A DNA stretch of 64,000 bases, taken from an uncultured Thermoleophilia bacterium. GTDB taxonomy: Bacteria; Actinomycetota; Thermoleophilia; Gaiellales; Gaiellaceae. The stretch spans positions 75,656-139,655 of the forward strand of contig CAWGLG010000004.1 in NCBI GenBank assembly GCA_963823355.1, read 5' to 3'. The position numbers were made by a program, and so were the translations under genes. The notes under the pieces are model-generated. The model had not been told where the DNA came from, searched no databases, and saw nothing but the letters and a program-made list of their open reading frames with translations. Each line of letters opens with the position of its first letter. Position 1 is the stretch's first letter. Below are positions 28,981 to 36,777 of this stretch, in pieces.

Positions 28981-29664
28981 TCATCGCAGACCTCCACCAG
29001 GTCCCACGACCACCATCGCGCAGCCATCGGTGAGTCCGCCGATCCGCCCGTGGTTTCTCCACACAGGCTCACTCGGCGGTCGCCTGCTGCCGCTGCGCCA
29101 CCACGAGCCCGGCGTGCCAACCCGGAGCACGTCCTCCCGACGGGCGGCTGCACCGCCGCTGCCGTAGAGGCCGCTGCGGGCGAGCAGCCAGGCGATCAGC
29201 GAGTTGGAGTTCCACATGTCTCCCGCTCGGCTCTCGTCACGTCCCCAGACGAGCGGCGGCACCGCGGGCACGAGGTCGAGGACGCGCCACGCGTGGGACG
29301 GGTCGCCGGTGAGCTGCCGTGGGCTCTCGACTGCCTCGCCGAGGTCAGGGATCACGCCGTCGCGCCAGCAGCGCACCTCGTAGCGGAAGATCCGAAATCG
29401 GCTCGCCCAGCGGCTGCCGACCGCACCTTCGACGACGACGCCGCGCTCTCCGACGTCGCGAAACGGGATCGGTGTCATCTCGATCACGAACCGGCCCTCC
29501 GGAACCCGCACCTCGAGCGCTGCGTGGTAGAGATCGCACGCAGGCCGCCGTCGGAGCCGGGCCGCCACGCCCTCGTACACGCGCCCGTTCAGCCGCACCG
29601 AGTGACCTCCCGCGCCGAGGGGGAGCCAATAGAGATCGACACCGGATCCGGACATCGCACTCAC
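28981..29664 (-). CDS. conserved-looking hypothetical protein
   Basis: 227-aa ORF (VDLYWLPLGAGGHSVRLNGRVYEGV..., WNSNSLIAWLLARSGL). Balanced composition over the first ~165 aa. The C-terminal ~60 aa is Gly/Arg-rich and less convincing. Confidence 0.5.
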   Translation of the reverse strand: MSAMSGSGVDLYWLPLGAGGHSVRLNGRVYEGVAARLRRRPACDLYHAALEVRVPEGRFVIEMTPIPFRDVGERGVVVEGAVGSRWASRFRIFRYEVRCWRDGVIPDLGEAVESPRQLTGDPSHAWRVLDLVPAVPPLVWGRDESRAGDMWNSNSLIAWLLARSGLYGSGGAAARREDVLRVGTPGSWWRSGSRRPPSEPVWRNHGRIGGLTDGCAMVVVGPGGGLR

Positions 29665-29754
29665 CGAAGAACCCTGCCGCGATCGTGGCGTCGAACCGTC
29701 CCGGGTACATCCGCGGCAAAACCGATTGGAGTGCGGCGAACTACCGTGCCCACG

Positions 29755-31500
29755 TCACCTCTTCCCGTGCCGGTCCTCCCAGTCGTGCCAGTCGACGTCG
29801 TGCTCCGCCACGTGGTCGCGAACGGCGAGCCCGATCGTGGGATAGAGGCGCTCCTCGCCGATCAGCTCCATGAGGCCGTAGCGCCGTAGCGTGTCCTTCA
29901 CCGGGCCCTTCAACTCCGCGAACGCGAGCTCGATCCCCCGCCGGTCGAGCTCGGCCAGGATCTCGCCGAGCACCTCCGCCGCGGTCGAGTCCACGTCGGT
30001 GATCGGCTCTGCCGCGACGACGACCGTCCGGACGTCGCGTCGCTCGGCGTCGAGCGCCTTGTGAAGCGTGTCCCGGAACACCTCCGCGTTTGCGAAGAAG
30101 AGCGGTGCGTCGAAGCGGAACAGGAGCAGCCCCGGCACCTGCACACCCTCCGGGTGCCGCTGCGTGTCGTGGTAGCCCTTGAGCGCCGGCACCCGCCCGA
30201 GCACGGCCGTGTAGGGATGCCAGGCCCGTTCCAGCACCGCGATCACCGAGAGGGCGATCGCGAACCCGATGCCCGGCAGGATGCCGAGCACCAGCACACC
30301 CACGAGCGAGGCGGCGGCGAGCGCGAAGTCGCCCCGATTCACGCGCAGGAGCCACCGCATCGCCGGCACGTCGATGAGCCGCAGGACCGCGGCGATCACG
30401 ACCGCGGCCAGCGCCGCCGTCGGGATGTCCTTCAGAAGACCCGTCCCGGCGACGAGCACGAGGCCGATCAGGGCGGACGCGACGACGCCCGTCAGCTGCG
30501 TGCGGGCTCCCGCAGCCTCGGCGACGGGCGTGCGGGAGGAGCTGCTCGACATCGGGAAGCCCTGGAAGAGGCCGGTCGCGAGGTTGGCTGCAGCGAGCCC
30601 ACCGAGCTCGCGGTTCTGATCGACGCGGTCTCCGAGCCTCGACGCGTAGCTTCGCGAGAGCACGCTCGTGTCCGCGAAGGCGAGCAGGGCGATCGCGGCG
30701 GCGGCGAGCGTCAACCGGCCGAGGTCGTCGACCGACGGCGACGGGACCGTCAGCGACGGCAGACCGCCCGGGACCGCACCGACCACCGAGACGTCGAGAT
30801 CGAAGACGCGGACGATGATCGCCGACCCGGCGACGGCAACGAGGATCCCCGGCGCCGCCGGCGCGACCCGCCAGCCGACGAGAACGACGACGAGACAGCC
30901 GATCCCGAGCGCAGCCGTCGTCGGGTCGATCTCGCCGAGGTTCCGGGCGAAGTCGCCGACATCGGCCACGAAGCGCTGTCCGGTCGACGGAACGCCGAGG
31001 AGGCGCGGCAGCTGGTCGGCGATCACGATCAGTGCGATTCCGGCGAGGTACCCGAGCCGCACGGGCTTCGAGAGCAGATCGGTGAGGAAGCCGAGCCGTG
31101 CGATTGCCCCCACCAACAGCAGTGCCCCCACGATGAGGGCGAGCAGCCCGGCGACGGCGACCCGCTCGGCCGGATCGGCACCGGCGACGGGGATCACCGC
31201 GGCCGCGACGAGCGGGGCGAGCGCCGAGTCGGGACCGAGGACGAGAATCCGCGACGGCCCGAACACGGCGTAGGCGAGGAGCGGAACGAGGGTCGCGTAC
31301 AGGCCCGTGACGGGGGGAAGCCCCGCCAGCTCCGCGTAGGCCATCCCCTGGGGCACGAGCAGCGCCGTGAGCACCACGCCGGCGATGACGTCGCGCTGCA
31401 GCCACTCCCGCCGGTAGGAGCGGACAACCCCGACCCCGGGGACGAACGACCCGATCCACCCTCGGCCGGGATCCTCGGCCGTTTCGTCCTCGGAGGCCAT
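29755..31500 (-). CDS. SulP family inorganic anion transporter with C-terminal STAS domain
   Basis: 581 aa with LLVPQGMAYAELAGLPPVTGLY, multiple TM segments and a STAS tail. Confidence 0.9.
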   Translation of the reverse strand: MASEDETAEDPGRGWIGSFVPGVGVVRSYRREWLQRDVIAGVVLTALLVPQGMAYAELAGLPPVTGLYATLVPLLAYAVFGPSRILVLGPDSALAPLVAAAVIPVAGADPAERVAVAGLLALIVGALLLVGAIARLGFLTDLLSKPVRLGYLAGIALIVIADQLPRLLGVPSTGQRFVADVGDFARNLGEIDPTTAALGIGCLVVVLVGWRVAPAAPGILVAVAGSAIIVRVFDLDVSVVGAVPGGLPSLTVPSPSVDDLGRLTLAAAAIALLAFADTSVLSRSYASRLGDRVDQNRELGGLAAANLATGLFQGFPMSSSSSRTPVAEAAGARTQLTGVVASALIGLVLVAGTGLLKDIPTAALAAVVIAAVLRLIDVPAMRWLLRVNRGDFALAAASLVGVLVLGILPGIGFAIALSVIAVLERAWHPYTAVLGRVPALKGYHDTQRHPEGVQVPGLLLFRFDAPLFFANAEVFRDTLHKALDAERRDVRTVVVAAEPITDVDSTAAEVLGEILAELDRRGIELAFAELKGPVKDTLRRYGLMELIGEERLYPTIGLAVRDHVAEHDVDWHDWEDRHGKR

Positions 31501-31551
31501 CTGGCAATGGTGACAGGCCCCGGCCTGCCAAGGACTGCCTCCGGGGTGGGC

Positions 31552-32154
31552 CTACGACGCGCGGGCCTCCGCCACCTCGAGGAGCCGGTCGCGGATCGCC
31601 GCCTGATCCTCGCCGATGTCGTCGAGGCGCGGCAGCGCGGCGAGCGACTCGAGCCCGAACACGCGCTCGAAGAGCGACGTCACCCGATAGCGCACTGCAC
31701 CCCCGGGCCCGCTCTCACGGCCTGCCTCGGCGATCAGGCCGCGCTCGACGAGTGACGCGACGGCCGAGTCGGCAGAGACGCCTCTGATGCGTGCGATCTC
31801 GGGCCGCGAGACGGGGCCGAGGTAGGCGACGATTGCAACCGTCTCGAGTGCGGCCTGTGAGAGCCCGCGCTCCACGGGCCGCTCGAACAGCCGCGAGCAG
31901 GCCTCGGCAGCCTCCCGGGCGGCGCCGAATGCGTAGCCACCGGCGACGTTCTGCAGGACGATGCCGCTCCGGCCCTCGCTGTAGCGTTCGCGCAACAGCC
32001 CGAGCGCGGTCTCGATCCGTTCGGTGTCGTCGGCAGTCGCCTCGGCGAGCTCGTCGAGGGTGAGAGGTTGCGAGGCGACCACGAGCAGCGCCTCGACGGT
32101 GCGGGCGAGCGCATCGACGGGGTTCGAGGAGATCAGGCGGAGCGGGCGGTCCAC
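31552..32154 (-). CDS. scpB: segregation and condensation protein B
   Basis: 200 aa with VEALLVVASQPLTLDEL, GYAF and VSRPEIARIRGV. Confidence 0.9.
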   Translation of the reverse strand: MDRPLRLISSNPVDALARTVEALLVVASQPLTLDELAEATADDTERIETALGLLRERYSEGRSGIVLQNVAGGYAFGAAREAAEACSRLFERPVERGLSQAALETVAIVAYLGPVSRPEIARIRGVSADSAVASLVERGLIAEAGRESGPGGAVRYRVTSLFERVFGLESLAALPRLDDIGEDQAAIRDRLLEVAEARAS

Positions 32155-32891
32155 TGCAACATCCTTTCGTCGTCGATCCGGGAAATCCTGATGGGGGCGA
32201 ACGGCGAGGCCTGCGCAATCGCGATCTCGCCCTCCTTGCGCAGCTCGAGCAGCGCCAGGAACGCAACGGCCTGCTCGACCCGCGAGAGGCCATGCACCTC
32301 GGCGTCGAAATCGAAGCGGCGGCGACGCAGCAGCACCGCGCGAAAGCGCTCGACGAACTGGGCCACCGGTGGGAATCGAAGTGCCAGGTGTGAGAGCGAG
32401 ACGTGCGGCGGCTCGACGGCCAGAGCGCGTATCGCCTCGACGAGCCGCAGCGGCTCCTGCTGGGCGAGCCGTCGCTCGGACTCGGGCGCAAGGGGTGCCG
32501 GCCCGATCCGGAAGTAGCGCTCTCGCTCCTCGTCGAGCCGTTCGCGCAACCAGACGGACGCGTGCTTCATCCGGCGGTACTCCGCGAGACGCCGGGCGAG
32601 CTCCTCGGCAGCCTCCTCCGGCTCGAGCTCGGCGAGCTCGGCCTCCTCGTCGGGGAACAGGTGCCGCGCCTTCAGCTCGAGCAACGCTGCGATCAGGACG
32701 AGGAACTCGCCACAGGCGTCCAGGTCGAGCTCGTCGCGCTCGGCGAGCCGCTCGACGAACGCGACGACGATCCCGGCCATGTCGATCTCGGACGGCTGGA
32801 TCGCGTCCTTGAGCAGGAGCGTCAGCAGGAGGTCGAAGGGGCCCTCGAACGCGTCGAGGTCCAGCTCGAGGTCACGGACTGCACTGGCCAC
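32133..32891 (-). CDS. scpA: segregation and condensation protein A
   Basis: 252 aa with LDAFEGPFDLLLTLL. Overlaps the scpB start. Confidence 0.85.
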   Translation of the reverse strand: MASAVRDLELDLDAFEGPFDLLLTLLLKDAIQPSEIDMAGIVVAFVERLAERDELDLDACGEFLVLIAALLELKARHLFPDEEAELAELEPEEAAEELARRLAEYRRMKHASVWLRERLDEERERYFRIGPAPLAPESERRLAQQEPLRLVEAIRALAVEPPHVSLSHLALRFPPVAQFVERFRAVLLRRRRFDFDAEVHGLSRVEQAVAFLALLELRKEGEIAIAQASPFAPIRISRIDDERMLQWTARSA

Positions 32892-32900
32892 GCTCGGACC

Positions 32901-33776
32901 CTAACCCCCGGGCCGGACGCGGCCCTTCGGCACGGCCATCTTCGGCCCTGACGGGGGCGGCGCAGCCGGGCGGGGCTTGTCGGGTCGAGGGCGTCGTTGC
33001 GAGAGCCAGAACCAGACGAGGCCGGCGACGCAGGCGAGCGCCGACACCCAGGTATTGACGCGCAGGCCGAGGATGTCGTTCGCCGGATCGACCCGGACGA
33101 GCTCGATCCAGAAGCGCCCGAAGGAGTAAAGAGCGATGTAGAGCGCGAAGAGCCCGGGTGGGCGCGGGTGGAAACGCCGCTCGATCACGTAGACGAGCAA
33201 CGCAGCGGCCAGCAGGTTCCAGAGCATCTCGTAGAGGAAGGCCGGGTGATAGGTGCCCTGGTCGATCGTCGCAAGTGGCCGGTGCGCCGGATCGATCTCG
33301 AGGCCCCACGGCAGGTCGGTCGCCTTGCCGAAGAGCTCCTGGTTCCACCAGTTGCCGATCCGCCCGACCGCCTGCGCCACGAGCAGGCCGGGCGCGAGGC
33401 AGTCGGCGAGCAGCCACACGTCCGCTCCCGCGCGCTTCGCGACGAGGCCGCCGACGAGACAGCCGAGGGCAATCCCGCCCCAGACCCCGAGACCGCCCTT
33501 CCAGATCGCCACCGGCCCCCACCACTGATCCGGCACCTCGTTCCAGCTGGTCGCGAGGTGGTAGAGCCGCGCGCCCACGATGCCGGCGCCGACACCCCAC
33601 ACGGCACAACGGAAGATCAGGTCCCAGTCACCGCCGCGGTTGACGAACCGGGTCCCCGTGATCCAGATGCAGATGCCGATCGCCGCGAGCAGCGTCAGGC
33701 CGTACATGTGGATCTGGAACGGGCCGAGGTCGATAGCGCCGCTGCCTGGCGACGGGATCGAGAGAAGCACGCTCAT
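32901..33776 (-). CDS. lgt: prolipoprotein diacylglyceryl transferase
   Basis: 291 aa. Polytopic, with HMYGLTLLAAIG and GRIGNWWNQELFG motifs. Confidence 0.9.
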   Translation of the reverse strand: MSVLLSIPSPGSGAIDLGPFQIHMYGLTLLAAIGICIWITGTRFVNRGGDWDLIFRCAVWGVGAGIVGARLYHLATSWNEVPDQWWGPVAIWKGGLGVWGGIALGCLVGGLVAKRAGADVWLLADCLAPGLLVAQAVGRIGNWWNQELFGKATDLPWGLEIDPAHRPLATIDQGTYHPAFLYEMLWNLLAAALLVYVIERRFHPRPPGLFALYIALYSFGRFWIELVRVDPANDILGLRVNTWVSALACVAGLVWFWLSQRRPRPDKPRPAAPPPSGPKMAVPKGRVRPGG

Positions 33777-33824
33777 AGTGTCGCATTCTCCCCTGATGGC
33801 TGGATGCCTCTGTCCCCGAACGAG

Positions 33825-33851
33825 TGACGCCCGGCACGCGGCCGGGCGTCA
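33825..33851 (-). terminator. GC-rich hairpin between the small ORF and lgt
   Basis: 10-bp perfect arms TGACGCCCGG / CCGGGCGTCA around a 7-nt loop, 22 nt downstream of the 33873 stop on the minus strand. No clear U tract. Confidence 0.35.
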
Positions 33852-33872
33852 GTTGCCGGAGGAGATCGGCGC

Positions 33873-34076
33873 TTAGAGGAGGATCTGGAGTGCGAGATCG
33901 ACGGGGCAACCGCGCTCGAGCAGGCGCATGGCGAGGTGCAGGTCGACCTCGTGCGACGCTGCCAGCACGGCAGCGGACTCCGGGTCGTAGCCAACGCGCG
34001 CGAGGGAATGGGCACGCCACCGCTCGACGAGCTCGATCTCGACGTCGGGACGTTCCTGGAGCTCTGCCGCAGACAT
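33873..34076 (-). CDS. small hypothetical protein (67 aa)
   Basis: ATG at 34076 preceded by GAGAGAGG. Product MSAAELQERPDVEIELVERWRAHSLARVGYDPESAAVLAASHEVDLHLAMRLLERGCPVDLALQILL. Predicted helical. No family recognised. Confidence 0.45.
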   Translation of the reverse strand: MSAAELQERPDVEIELVERWRAHSLARVGYDPESAAVLAASHEVDLHLAMRLLERGCPVDLALQILL

Positions 34077-34219
34077 GGTCGCCTCTCTCACGTGGTCGGG
34101 TCTCTCATTATTCGTCCGAGAAGCCCGATTGGATCTCCCCTTTCTAGGGCATCCGGTTAAGGGGATTGGTGATATCCCGTGAGGACTTCGTAAAGCCTTG
34201 GCTCGTCCCTTCCCGCGCC

Positions 34220-34648
34220 TCAGCGCTCGAGCCAGGCGAGCAGATCCCAGAACGCGTCGTTTGCAGGGGGAATGGTCGGCGGACGGCGCCGGTGGGAGCG
34301 ATGCTCCGCCCACGTCACGTACGATCGCAACCGCTTGCCGATCCGGCGGCGCGTGCTGTCGGTCGGCGTGACGAGCGCCTCGGTCAGCGCGAATCGCCAC
34401 GCGGCCTCCTCGCTCTCGAGGCGGCGCCCGCTGCGGCCGGCACCGACGAGGTGCCCGATCTCGTGCAGGGCCACGAAGTAACTCACCTGGCCGCGCACGG
34501 GCGGGACGCGGATCTCGAGCCGTCGCTCGCTGCGCCCGTCGCGGTGCCGGATGCGGATCACGACCGCCCGGCCGCGACCGTCGACGCGACGGATCCCGTG
34601 CCGGGCGCACAGGTCGTCGATGTGAAGGTCGAGTGTCCTGGGATGCAT
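34220..34648 (-). CDS. hypothetical protein with an HExxH motif (possible small metallopeptidase-like protein)
   Basis: 142 aa from the ATG at 34648. Contains FVALHEIGHLVG. Composition is diverse and G/C third positions are strong. The upstream part of the 295-aa track ORF looks non-coding. Confidence 0.5.
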   Translation of the reverse strand: MHPRTLDLHIDDLCARHGIRRVDGRGRAVVIRIRHRDGRSERRLEIRVPPVRGQVSYFVALHEIGHLVGAGRSGRRLESEEAAWRFALTEALVTPTDSTRRRIGKRLRSYVTWAEHRSHRRRPPTIPPANDAFWDLLAWLER

Positions 34649-34945
34649 CGCGAGCGGAGCGTAGTGGGCGCGGTGGCCGGTGCCGGAGGCTCTACAATCG
34701 CCGCCGTGATCGCTCTGGCGGCAGGCCTTGCATTGCTGATCGGCTGGTACCGGGGGTTCAACCTGCGCTCGCTGGAGCTGACCGCCGCGACCTTCGCCGT
34801 CGTGCTCGCCGCCCAGACGGTCGGCCTGATCGTCACGGGAGGCGACATCGGCCCGCACTACTGGCCGATCATCGGCCTCGTTGCCGCCGGCTGGGTGGCG
34901 TGCCTGTGGATCGGCAGCCACGCTCGGCACATCCTTGCCCGCTGA
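34643..34945 (+). CDS. small hypothetical membrane protein (about 3 TM helices)
   Basis: C-terminal 100 aa of the 259-aa track ORF (IAAVIALAAGLALLIGWY..., FAVVLAAQTVGLIV, IIGLVAAGWVACLWIG). Very high G/C third positions. Start uncertain: ATG at 34643 or GTG at 34707. Confidence 0.4.
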   Translation: MHRERSVVGAVAGAGGSTIAAVIALAAGLALLIGWYRGFNLRSLELTAATFAVVLAAQTVGLIVTGGDIGPHYWPIIGLVAAGWVACLWIGSHARHILAR

Positions 34946-35197
34946 GCGTCGGACGGTCGCGACCAGTCCATGCCGTGGCTGTGGCGCGCGCCCGTCGCGA
35001 CCCAGGCGATCCCCGCACCCCACCAGACAGGGACGTCCCATCGGAGCAGCCGCGTGAGCCTCGTCGCCATGCGTTGTGATCCTCACGCCGGGCGACGCCG
35101 GCGTCACCGCCGGACGTTGAACCCTAGGCGCAGATCAACGGCGGTGACAGGCTGCTTCATATTGTCGCCGTCTCGTCGGCGCTGGACATGGAGTCGC

Positions 35198-35929
35198 CTA
35201 CGTTGACTGGCGGTCGTGGAAGACCGCCTCGATGTTGTTGGAGTCAGGGTCTGTCAGAAAGGCTCCGTAGTAGCCGGGGTGGTACTCGCGCCGCTCGCCG
35301 GGGGCGCCGTTGGAGGCATAGCCGGCTTCGATGCCAGCCTGGTGGAAGGCGTCGACTGTTTGTTTGTCGGGGGCTTCGAAGGCGAGGTGGAGGTTCTCGG
35401 TGGGCTGTCCTTCGACGATCGAGAAGGTGGCGCCGGAGCCGCGGATCTGGGTGCGGCCCTCGTAGCGCTCGACGGTGTGCGCGACGGTCGAGCAGACGGT
35501 TTCGTAGAAGCGACTTGCAGCGTCGAGGTCGAGGCTGCGGAGCCAGAGGTGGTCGATGACGCCGGAGTGGCGGCGGGGGCCGTCGTTGACGGCTTCGACG
35601 CTGTTGCCGGCGGGATCGACAATGAAGGCGCCGTAGTAGTCGGGTCCGTAGGCGGGCCTGGGGCCGGGCGCCCCGCCGTCTTGGTGGCCGAGCTCGATCA
35701 TCGCCTGCCACCAGTCGTCAACCTGGCGGCGGCCGTCGGCGCGGAAGCCGATATGCAACCGACGTGTCGCCGGCCGCTCGGCGGTGTCTCGGCCGATCGT
35801 GAAGTCGTTCCACTCAACGAATCCTCCACCCTCCACTGGCTCAGGGCCGTCGAGGAGCGCGAGCGTGCGAGCGTAGAAGTCGCGAGCGGCTTCGAAGCCT
35901 GGCAAACGGATCCCGACGTGGTCGATCAC
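35198..35929 (-). CDS. two-domain VOC (glyoxalase/bleomycin resistance/dioxygenase) family protein
   Basis: 243 aa. Duplicated modules IDHVGIRL...YGAFIVDPAGNSVEAV and IDHLWLRS...YGAFLTDPDSNNIEAV. Confidence 0.85.
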   Translation of the reverse strand: MIDHVGIRLPGFEAARDFYARTLALLDGPEPVEGGGFVEWNDFTIGRDTAERPATRRLHIGFRADGRRQVDDWWQAMIELGHQDGGAPGPRPAYGPDYYGAFIVDPAGNSVEAVNDGPRRHSGVIDHLWLRSLDLDAASRFYETVCSTVAHTVERYEGRTQIRGSGATFSIVEGQPTENLHLAFEAPDKQTVDAFHQAGIEAGYASNGAPGERREYHPGYYGAFLTDPDSNNIEAVFHDRQST

Positions 35930-35967
35930 AGGTCGATGCTATCCCGCTGTTGGGTGGCTCTACGCGG

Positions 35968-36229
35968 TGGAGACCCCGAGCGCGGTGCCGAATGCGACCT
36001 CGCCGTACTCGACAGATCCGAGGAGGCTGATCTCGGTCATGTTCTCAGCGACCCATGCGGCAACCGCTGCGCTCCCACTCTCGTGTCGACGACGATCATC
36101 GCGTCGCCGGCACGACCGACGGCGACGTCGGGAGCGTGATGGGTGCTCACTGCGGCTCGTCCTCCCCGTCGCTCAGGGACGACCCGCAGGTGGCGAACAG
36201 TTGCGGATCTCGCTCTCTGCGGTGGACAT
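35968..36229 (-). pseudogene. possible decayed NTF2-like (SnoaL/DUF4440-type) gene remnant
   Basis: Good RBS (GAGAGGA) plus the ATG at 36229 gives MSTAESEIRN, followed soon by a stop. Family-like pieces (LFATCGSSLSDGEDEP; STHHAPDVAV; AAVAAWVAENMTEISLLGSVEYGEVAFG) lie in three different frames. The total length is too short for the family. Confidence 0.25.
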
Positions 36230-36279
36230 CGGGATCGTCCTCTCTAACAGGCAGGCGGGTCGGAACGAACCCTACGAAA

Positions 36280-36299
36280 GATAGTTCCGCGGAACTATC
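36280..36299. promoter_or_regulatory. perfect 20-bp palindrome GATAGTTCCGCGGAACTATC; candidate MarR operator
   Basis: Read directly. It is followed within 50 nt by further ATAGT/ACTAT half-sites (TATAGTGAGAGAGCTATA, GACTAC, GACTAT) and a TATAGT -10-like hexamer at ~36310. It lies ~58 nt upstream of the likely marR start. Confidence 0.6.
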
Positions 36300-36357
36300 T
36301 GCCAAGGTATATAGTGAGAGAGCTATAGCCGACTACCCGCGACTATTCAACGAACTG

Positions 36358-36777
36358 GTGCGGTTCGAGACCGAACTGTGGAACGCCGTCGAAGCGCGCC
36401 TGCGTGCCGAACACGACCTGGCGCTGAGCTGGTTCGAGCCCATGAAGGTGATCGAGCGCACCGAGAACTGCCGGGTGCACGACATCGCCACCGCGTTGTC
36501 GATCACCGTCGGGGGGACGAGCAAGCTCGTCGACCGGATCGAAAACGCCGGATACTGCCGTCGGCGTGCGAATCCCGGCGACCGGCGCTCTTCCATCATC
36601 GAACTCGCCCCGGCAGGTCGTCACGTGCTGACCCCAGCGACCAAGACGTTCACAGACGAACTCGACTTCCGTCTCGGCTCGGTGTTGTCACCGCACTCAC
36701 TCGAACACCTCGTCCGAACGATGGTGGAGCTACGGGCCGCGAACCTCGCCGCCGAATGCCGCGAACGGAGTGCCTAG
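36358..36777 (+). CDS. MarR family transcriptional regulator (start uncertain)
   Basis: wHTH region VHDIATALSITVGGTSKLVDRIENAGYCRRRANPGDRRSSIIELAPAG. There is no ATG; the GTG at 36358 is the first plausible start after the operator. The stop TAG abuts the next gene's ATG. Confidence 0.75.
   Translation: MRFETELWNAVEARLRAEHDLALSWFEPMKVIERTENCRVHDIATALSITVGGTSKLVDRIENAGYCRRRANPGDRRSSIIELAPAGRHVLTPATKTFTDELDFRLGSVLSPHSLEHLVRTMVELRAANLAAECRERSA

Noticed and set aside
34166-34642. 5' two-thirds of the 259-aa plus-strand ORF, and the 5' half of the 295-aa minus-strand ORF at 34649-35107.
   Set aside because: Both segments are antisense to better-supported coding sequence and have Arg/Ala/Gly/Pro-rich, motif-free products. 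Only the 3' parts were retained as genes.
33873-35107. Prophage remnant interpretation of the small-ORF cluster after lgt.
   Set aside because: No integrase, att-like repeat, tRNA or phage structural or regulatory gene was recognised. GC and codon bias match the surrounding chromosome. It is kept only as an unexplained small-gene cluster.
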